From the IMG/VR virus record IMGVR_UViG_3300033066_001150, positions 1 to 64,000 of that record: a stretch of 64,000 nucleotides of DNA; one strand, given 5' to 3'. The stretch is from a virus (lineage: Duplodnaviria > Caudoviricetes). The number at the start of each line of letters is the position of its first letter. Position 1 is the stretch's first letter. A program made the position numbers and the translations under genes. The notes beneath the pieces were generated by a model that saw nothing but the letters and a program-made list of their open reading frames with translations, did no database searches and was not told the DNA's origin. Shown here one piece after another: positions 57,679-64,000 of the stretch.

Positions 57679-60503
57679 TGGCGACGTCTCCGGTCGTGTT
57701 CTGGCAGCCTGCTGGTTTGACACTAACCGCCCGTGTGTTTGCGGTTGGTAGCGACACGCAGGTCGGAACGGACTATAGCCCGACAGAGTCTACGAACCGG
57801 AAGGGGCGTTATTCGTTTAACGTGACCTCGGGTATTGCCGGGGCTCACGACGTCCATGTCTTTGAAGGTGCTACATTACGAGCTGCGTTTCGTGTAATCA
57901 TGGTGGATGACACGACAGAAAAAGAGTGCCGCGACCCCGCGTTCATTGTTAGTGGAACGGGAGCCGGACAGCTTTCTGTCACAAGTGGCGTAGCAGCGGT
58001 CAACGTTACTCAATTCGGTGGTTTCGCCGGCACATTTGCCAGTGGCCGACCCGAGGTCAATACAACACATTGGGGTGGAATAGCAGTTGCCTCCGCCAAT
58101 GTGTTGATTGATGGGGCGATTACTGCGGCTAAGATCGCCGCCGACGCGATCACGGATGCCAAAGTGGCGTCGGACGTGACGATTGCCAGCGTGACGGGAG
58201 CAGTGGGGTCCGTCGCAGGGTCTGTCACGGGGTCTGTGGGTTCAGTTGTGGGAAATGTTGGCGGCAACGTGCTCGGCAATGTGCTTGGATCAGTGGATAG
58301 TGTTATTGGTTGGATCGGTGGCAGTGTGGCGGGGGGCGTGGTTGGGTCTGTGGGTTCAGTTGTGGGAAATGTTGGCGGCAATGTGGTTGGGTCTGTTGGC
58401 TCAATCAGCGGAATTACGTTCCCGACAAATTTTGCAGCATTGGGTATCAACGTCAGTGGTCATGTCTCACGTGTAACGTTAGTCGACACGACGACCACTA
58501 ACACGGATATGCGTGGGACCAACAATGCAGCGCTGGCGGTCGATCTGGCGACAGTTGCCGGATATCTTGATACTGAGATTGCGGCTATTCTGGCCGATAC
58601 CAACGAACTCCAAACTGACTGGACAAACGGTGGACGCCTTGACCTAATTCTGGATGCTCGGGCATCCCAAACGAGTGTCGACGATCTTCCCACCAATGCA
58701 GAACTCGCAACGGCTCTTGCGGCAGCTGATGATGCCACACTGGCGGCCATTGGGGCACTTAATAACCTGAGCGTCGCCCAAGTCAATGCGGAAGTTGATA
58801 CCGCACTGGCGGACGTTGGACTGACTACAACGCGAACAGGATACCTTGACAATTTGAGCGCGGGTGCGGCGGCGCTGGAATCTACAGCACAGAGCATTCT
58901 GACCGATACCGCAGAAATCGGGGCGGCTGGTGTTGGTCTGACGGCATTGGCGACGCAGGCCAGCGTAGACACGATCGACGCGAATGTGGACGCGATTCTT
59001 GTGGATACTGGGACTACAATTCCAGACCAGTTGACCGCGATGTCTGGGGCTACGTTTGATACGGCTACCGATTCGTTGGAAGCGATACGCAACCGGGGAG
59101 ACTCTTCTTGGGTGACTGGGGCTTCCGCTCCTACAGCGGTAGATATTCGTACAGAAATCGATAACAATAGCACACAGCTGGCCGCTATTGTTTCCGACAC
59201 CAACGAGTTGCAGACGGACTGGGCCAATGGGGGGCGTCTGGATTTGATTCTGGATGCACGGGCCTCGCAGGCTAGTGTGGACGACCTCCCCACCAACGCC
59301 GAACTCACGACCGCCCTTGCAGGTGCAGATGACGCTACGTTGGCTGCGATTGGTTCCTTGAATAATCTCAGTGCGGCCCAAGTCAACGCAGAGGTTGATA
59401 CGGCGCTGGCGGATGTGGGACTGACGGTGACACGGACGGGTTATATTGATAACCTAAGTGCTGGTCCTGCTGCCTTGGAATCCACGGCACAGGCCGTTTT
59501 GACAGATACGGCGGAAATTGGTGTGGCGGGGGCGGGGCTCACGGCGCTCGCCAGTGCATCAAACTTGGCGACATTGGCAGGCTATGTGGACACAGAAGTT
59601 GCCGCGATTAAGGCCAAGACAGATAACCTGCCAACAGACCCCGCAGACCAGTCCGCAGTGGAGGCGGCCATTACTGTAGCCGTTGCTGGACTGAGTACCT
59701 TGGACGCCTCCGGTGTTCGGGCGGCTGTTGGTTTGTCCGCGGCGAACCTTGATACTCAATTGGGGGACCTGCCGACGAATGCCGAACTGGCGACAGCGCT
59801 TGCCAGTGCCGACGATGCCACACTGGCCGCCATTTCCACATTGACCACAAGAGTCGGTGTTCCGGCGGACCTTGGTACCGGAGCTACAGTTGCGGCAAAC
59901 CTCACCGACATCTATAGTGAGGTCTCTGGTAGTGGGGCTGCTTCGACGGGTGCTCGTGTAGTGAATATTACTGTCACAGACGGGAACAGTGATCCTCTGG
60001 AAAATGCCCTTGTGCGGGTTACTCAGGGAATGGAGTCTTACGTCTTAGAATCCGGGGCGGATGGTACGTTGTCCTTTTCGCTGGACGACGCGACATGGAC
60101 GGTCTCCATCACGAAGCCCGGTTATCGTTTTGTCCCGATAACATTGGTTGTTGACGGTAACAAAACGATTTCGTATAGTATATCCCAAGTCTCTATCACA
60201 CCCTCCGATCCCGGACTGATCACAGGGTACCTCGTGTGTTATGATAATGAAGGAGCGGTGGAGAGCGGGGTCTCTGTTTATCTCCAACAGATCGAACCGG
60301 TAACAGGTTCCGGCATTGCTTACGATGGGGATGTTCGGTCCGCGATTTCTAACGGAGAGGGTGTGGCCGAGTTCACCGGCTTGTTCTTGGGGGGCCGTTA
60401 TTACGTGTACCGTGATCAAACGGATGGTCGACCAGTGATGTTCACCATTGACGCGGACCAGACAGACCCCATGGAATTGCCATCAGTTATTAGTAGGACG
60501 TAG
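57678..60503 (+). CDS. long Ala/Thr/Asp-rich virion fibre-like protein with internal repeats
   Basis: GSV/GNV repeats; 120-aa duplication; C-terminal beta-sandwich-like domains. Confidence 0.7.
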   Translation: MATSPVVFWQPAGLTLTARVFAVGSDTQVGTDYSPTESTNRKGRYSFNVTSGIAGAHDVHVFEGATLRAAFRVIMVDDTTEKECRDPAFIVSGTGAGQLSVTSGVAAVNVTQFGGFAGTFASGRPEVNTTHWGGIAVASANVLIDGAITAAKIAADAITDAKVASDVTIASVTGAVGSVAGSVTGSVGSVVGNVGGNVLGNVLGSVDSVIGWIGGSVAGGVVGSVGSVVGNVGGNVVGSVGSISGITFPTNFAALGINVSGHVSRVTLVDTTTTNTDMRGTNNAALAVDLATVAGYLDTEIAAILADTNELQTDWTNGGRLDLILDARASQTSVDDLPTNAELATALAAADDATLAAIGALNNLSVAQVNAEVDTALADVGLTTTRTGYLDNLSAGAAALESTAQSILTDTAEIGAAGVGLTALATQASVDTIDANVDAILVDTGTTIPDQLTAMSGATFDTATDSLEAIRNRGDSSWVTGASAPTAVDIRTEIDNNSTQLAAIVSDTNELQTDWANGGRLDLILDARASQASVDDLPTNAELTTALAGADDATLAAIGSLNNLSAAQVNAEVDTALADVGLTVTRTGYIDNLSAGPAALESTAQAVLTDTAEIGVAGAGLTALASASNLATLAGYVDTEVAAIKAKTDNLPTDPADQSAVEAAITVAVAGLSTLDASGVRAAVGLSAANLDTQLGDLPTNAELATALASADDATLAAISTLTTRVGVPADLGTGATVAANLTDIYSEVSGSGAASTGARVVNITVTDGNSDPLENALVRVTQGMESYVLESGADGTLSFSLDDATWTVSITKPGYRFVPITLVVDGNKTISYSISQVSITPSDPGLITGYLVCYDNEGAVESGVSVYLQQIEPVTGSGIAYDGDVRSAISNGEGVAEFTGLFLGGRYYVYRDQTDGRPVMFTIDADQTDPMELPSVISRT

Positions 60504-60504
60504 C

Positions 60505-60918
60505 ATGCACGTTGGGGCGCGAGTTTACAAAGCCAAAAAGCTGGAGACGATTTTGCTCGTCAAAGGCCGTAAAACGAGTCAGTCTGCCAAAGGCCGGATT
60601 CGGGTGGGGTATGCCGCTCCCTATGCCAAATATGTGCATGAATTGGTTGGGATGGTACTAGCCGGTCTTCCCCGCCCCTCGGGTAACGGGACCTATTGGA
60701 GTCCCAAAGGCGCCCAAGCCAAGTTTCTGGAACAGCCCTCCCGAATGTTCGCCAAGGACATCGGGTCTTTCATTACAGCACAAGTGAAACAGAAGATCCC
60801 GGTCCTCAAAGCGATGGCTAAAGCTGGATTGATTCTTCTGCGCGAAAGCAAGCGGCTGGTGCCTGTAGACACTGGACGACTGATCTCCAGCGGCTATGTC
60901 AAAGTCGAGGAGTCATAA
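60505..60918 (+). CDS. tail completion protein (HK97 gp10-like, motifs in permuted order)
   Basis: VGYAAPYAKYVHE, QAKFLEQP, then VPVDTGRLISSG. Confidence 0.7.
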   Translation: MHVGARVYKAKKLETILLVKGRKTSQSAKGRIRVGYAAPYAKYVHELVGMVLAGLPRPSGNGTYWSPKGAQAKFLEQPSRMFAKDIGSFITAQVKQKIPVLKAMAKAGLILLRESKRLVPVDTGRLISSGYVKVEES

Positions 60919-60920
60919 TT

Positions 60921-61370
60921 ATGTCTGGTGCGATGACACATGGTCCCTGTGATATTGTGGGCCAGCTAATGATCGACCAATTGGTTGTGACAGACCCTAC
61001 GGATGACGCGGTGTGGCCTTTGGGGGTTTCGGAAGAGTTATCTTCCCCAGACGAAGCGGTCTGTATTTTTGATTCCGAAGGCCGACAACAGGGGTTTGAT
61101 CAAACACAAGGGGAAATGCAGGAGCAAGAGGGTCTTGTGGTCCGGGTCCGGGCCAAAGATTACCGTAGAGGCTACTTAAAAGCCAAGGCCCTTGCTACAC
61201 TCTTTGACACAACAATTTCCAATAATTTGGTCACACTGGAGAGTTCCACTTATCTTGTTCACTCGGTGAATCGAACAAGCGGTGTGATTCATATGGGGAA
61301 AGAAACGGGCGCCAGCAAACGACATCTTTTCAGTATCAACTTCACTGTTGCAGTAACGCAACGCAGCTAA
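60921..61370 (+). CDS. tail terminator-like protein
   Basis: VRVRAKDY..GY.KA, FSINF; gene position. Confidence 0.7.
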   Translation: MSGAMTHGPCDIVGQLMIDQLVVTDPTDDAVWPLGVSEELSSPDEAVCIFDSEGRQQGFDQTQGEMQEQEGLVVRVRAKDYRRGYLKAKALATLFDTTISNNLVTLESSTYLVHSVNRTSGVIHMGKETGASKRHLFSINFTVAVTQRS

Positions 61371-61382
61371 GCAGGAGGACTC

Positions 61383-61859
61383 ATGGCCGCTCCCACACCA
61401 ACAGCACGAGTGACCCCGACGGGGATCAAGCTGAAAGACGGGTATCCCGTCAAGATCACCTTCTCCCTCGATACCAACATCGAAATCTGGGAAAAGAGTG
61501 TACAACCCCCCGGGATTGTTATCGGGGACAAGATCGACCAGACAACCCAGCACAATGAAGATTATGAGACGTTCGCCCCGCCGGCCCTGAAAAGCCTGAC
61601 GGATGGCGGCGGTACATGCGCCTATGACCCGGCGGTACTGGCGTCCATGGAAGCCATTATTGGTCTGGAACAGACCATCACGTACACGTTCCCCGACGGG
61701 ACAACGTGGGCCATCTACGGCTATGTGGCAGAGTGGACGCCCGACGCCTTGGAACGTGGTTCCCAGCCGGAAGCCAACTTCAAAGTCGTGTTCACGAACT
61801 GGGACAACACGAACAAGGTCGAAGCCGGTCCGGCTGTGGCGTCTGTCGCCGGTACCTGA
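61383..61859 (+). CDS. major tail protein
   Basis: IDQTT...LKSL...YDP...TFPDGTTW..YGY; gene position. Confidence 0.8.
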   Translation: MAAPTPTARVTPTGIKLKDGYPVKITFSLDTNIEIWEKSVQPPGIVIGDKIDQTTQHNEDYETFAPPALKSLTDGGGTCAYDPAVLASMEAIIGLEQTITYTFPDGTTWAIYGYVAEWTPDALERGSQPEANFKVVFTNWDNTNKVEAGPAVASVAGT

Positions 61860-61925
61860 TCAATGAACTAGGATGTGATGGGGCAAGGAAGCCCATTTCC
61901 CCCCTTCTATATGGAAAGTAGAACG

Positions 61926-62342
61926 ATGAGCGAAATACCAGAAGCCCCCAAGACCCCACCGAAAGACCCCTTCGATTTCAGTGATTTGAGGATCATTGAA
62001 ATTCCCGTGAAAATCGGGAGCGCCTGCTACACGTTGGTTGAGTGTAGTGCGGATGCGGCGGCCCGCTACGAAGAAATGAAACTGCAGTGCGCCAAGGACT
62101 ACATGGACGGGAAACCCACACGTATCGAGGGGGCCGGGATTCTCCCCATTAAGCTCTTATCAATGTGTGTTCTGGACGCGAACAATAAATTCGTTTCCGA
62201 GGAAGTGGTCAAGTCGTGGCCGAATCGGGTTGTCCAGTCCTTGGAGGCCAAAGCCAAAGAGATCAGTGAACTGGGGAGCAAGAAGTCGGCTTTGGACGCA
62301 CTAAAAAACGTGCCGCCCGCTACGACGGACAGCTCCGCGTAG
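61926..62342 (+). CDS. tail assembly chaperone G
   Basis: Between major tail protein and tape measure; ends just after a slippery site. Confidence 0.8.
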   Translation: MSEIPEAPKTPPKDPFDFSDLRIIEIPVKIGSACYTLVECSADAAARYEEMKLQCAKDYMDGKPTRIEGAGILPIKLLSMCVLDANNKFVSEEVVKSWPNRVVQSLEAKAKEISELGSKKSALDALKNVPPATTDSSA

Positions 62343-62674
62343 CCAGTCACCTTCAACGAACTCTTGGTGAGTACCTTGGTTGGAACCAACCTGTGACTCA
62401 CCGAGAGCATTTGACTTGGTTGTATTGGTTGCGGGAAGAAAAGAATAATCCCGGAATCAATGAACACTACTTGATGATGGTCGGGGCAGAAATCCGGCGG
62501 TCGCGGACCAAGAACCCCAAAGAAGTCAAATTGGAAGACATGCGGTTGGAGTTCTCGTTTGCGGGACCAGAAGAACAGGAGGGGATGACCTTAGAAGAAC
62601 AGAAAACATATTCTGACTGGTTAAAACAAGCCTACCTCGCCCGATGGAAAACCAAGCCCCCCGGTGTTAAATGA
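62303..62674 (+). CDS. tail assembly chaperone GT extension via -1 frameshift
   Basis: A-AAA-AAC at 62303-62309; the -1 frame is open through to 62674. Confidence 0.8.
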   Translation, partial: KKRAARYDGQLRVASHLQRTLGEYLGWNQPVTHREHLTWLYWLREEKNNPGINEHYLMMVGAEIRRSRTKNPKEVKLEDMRLEFSFAGPEEQEGMTLEEQKTYSDWLKQAYLARWKTKPPGVK

Positions 62675-64000
62675 ACGAAGAAGAAATCGCCAATCTTGTG
62701 ACAGTCCTCTCTGCCGAGGCGGGAGAGTACACCAAGACTATGGAAGAAGCTTCTACGACGGCCCGTAAGACAGCGGAAGACGTCGAAGGTTCGTTTAGCA
62801 AAGTCAGTGTCGGGTCCATCGCGGCCGGTCAGCTAATCGCCACATCTATCACTGCAATCGCGTCCAAGGCTTATGAGATTGGCACGGCGGCCGTCGCCAA
62901 CTTCGCAGACGCCGAAGCGGGGGCTATTAAACTCAAAGCTGCCATCGGGGCTCGTGGCGGGGATGTGGCGGCGACGTTTGCTGACTATGATAAGTTCGCG
63001 GGGGTTATCCAGAAACTCACAGTGGTGGACGATGACGCTGTGAAAGGTCTGTTGCAACAGTCGGAAGCTTTGGGGGTTACAGGCGACGCGGCTAAACGGG
63101 CCGCCAAGAACGCCGTCGCCTTGCAAGCCGCCCGTGGGATCAGTGCCCAGTCCGCCATTCGAATGACCGCGGCGTTGGAGCAGGGCAACGCCACCATGCT
63201 GACACGTATGATTCCCTCGCTTCGCAACGCCAAGACAGACACCGAAAAGGTCGCGATGGCACAGGACATGCTCGCCAAGATGTTCAAGGTCGCCGAGGCT
63301 GAGGCAGGTTCTATCAAGGGTGCCTATGCTCAAATGAGTAACGCGATCAGTGACACCTATGAAATGGTGGGGACTTTTATCGCGGAGAACCTGCAACTTG
63401 TAGACGTGATGCAGTTTGTCCGGGACGGGTTCGGCAAGGTCCAGATGATCTTACCGGCAGTCTTCGAAGCCGTGACTCCTATTATCAATCGGGTCAAAGA
63501 AAGCGGCACGGCTCTGTTCACTACTATTATGGAAAAGGGGACCGAGTTTCTTGTGTGGGCGGGTCCCTTGTTTCTGGAGTTTGGAAACATCGCCGTCACA
63601 TCCATCGATGGCTTGGTGACCATTTGGATGAAGTCGTGGGACATCATTGTTGGTGCGGTTTCCGCGGCGTGGAGTTTTATTTCCGGGTCTACGGAAACAA
63701 CATTCACGGACGTCAAAACGTTCCTGCTGGACGCCATGATTTCGGCCGAATTCGCCTTCCAGCATTTTGACGAGGTGGCGGCTCTCACGTGGGTGAATAT
63801 CCAATTGGGGTTCGTGGGGCTGGTGGAAGACATGAAACACTTCTTCCTCAGAACAATCCCAGAACTGCTGACATGGTTCGGGGAGAACTGGGAAAAGGTG
63901 TTCTTCACGGTTCTGGACTTGACAATGACGGTGTTTATCAATTTGGGACAGAACATCCGCAACGCCATGACGGCTATCTGGGACTACATCAAGTCCGGTG
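62671..64000 (+). CDS. tape measure protein (partial, runs off the window)
   Basis: ATG at 62671 overlapping the GT stop; Ala-rich helical ORF starting MNEEEIANLVTVLSAE. Confidence 0.85.
   Translation, partial: MNEEEIANLVTVLSAEAGEYTKTMEEASTTARKTAEDVEGSFSKVSVGSIAAGQLIATSITAIASKAYEIGTAAVANFADAEAGAIKLKAAIGARGGDVAATFADYDKFAGVIQKLTVVDDDAVKGLLQQSEALGVTGDAAKRAAKNAVALQAARGISAQSAIRMTAALEQGNATMLTRMIPSLRNAKTDTEKVAMAQDMLAKMFKVAEAEAGSIKGAYAQMSNAISDTYEMVGTFIAENLQLVDVMQFVRDGFGKVQMILPAVFEAVTPIINRVKESGTALFTTIMEKGTEFLVWAGPLFLEFGNIAVTSIDGLVTIWMKSWDIIVGAVSAAWSFISGSTETTFTDVKTFLLDAMISAEFAFQHFDEVAALTWVNIQLGFVGLVEDMKHFFLRTIPELLTWFGENWEKVFFTVLDLTMTVFINLGQNIRNAMTAIWDYIKSG

Noticed and set aside
58596-59552. Diversity-generating retroelement TR/VR pair
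   Set aside because: Differences are not adenine-specific, both copies lie in one ORF, and no reverse transcriptase is present.

Overview
The window is a 64-kb piece of a tailed dsDNA phage genome (siphovirus-like). The host is possibly a planctomycete, inferred only from two CsrA paralogues and a papain-like peptidase/secreted-protein cassette. Left arm (minus strand, 1-24.3 kb): sliding clamp; a 7-deazaguanine DNA-modification cluster (TGT/DpdA-like, glycosyltransferase, HRH-type QueD-like protein, PRTase-FolE fusion, QueE, QueD); DnaB-like helicase; replication initiator with an internal iteron origin; primase; SNF2 helicase; CsrA; sigma-like factor; DenV; and a run of small early genes. 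Right arm (plus strand, 25.2-64 kb): small accessory genes, terminase, portal, MuF, DUF2213-type protease/scaffold, capsid, neck, tail and the start of the tape measure. Two systems stand out. (1) Eleven copies of the peptide tag N-(A/V)FCPTG(P/K)GGG(QDNS/VDPT)C are spread through four head proteins, each directly preceding a different cargo segment (zeta-like kinase, ParB-N, JAB, HExxH protease, topoisomerase IB, unknowns). This suggests tagged polyproteins that are processed to load effectors into the virion. (2) Ten circularly permuted twister-like ribozymes with clear compensatory base changes sit between the early genes, and would cut the early transcript into largely single-gene RNAs that could circularise. 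All calls come from reading motifs by eye; no database search was run.
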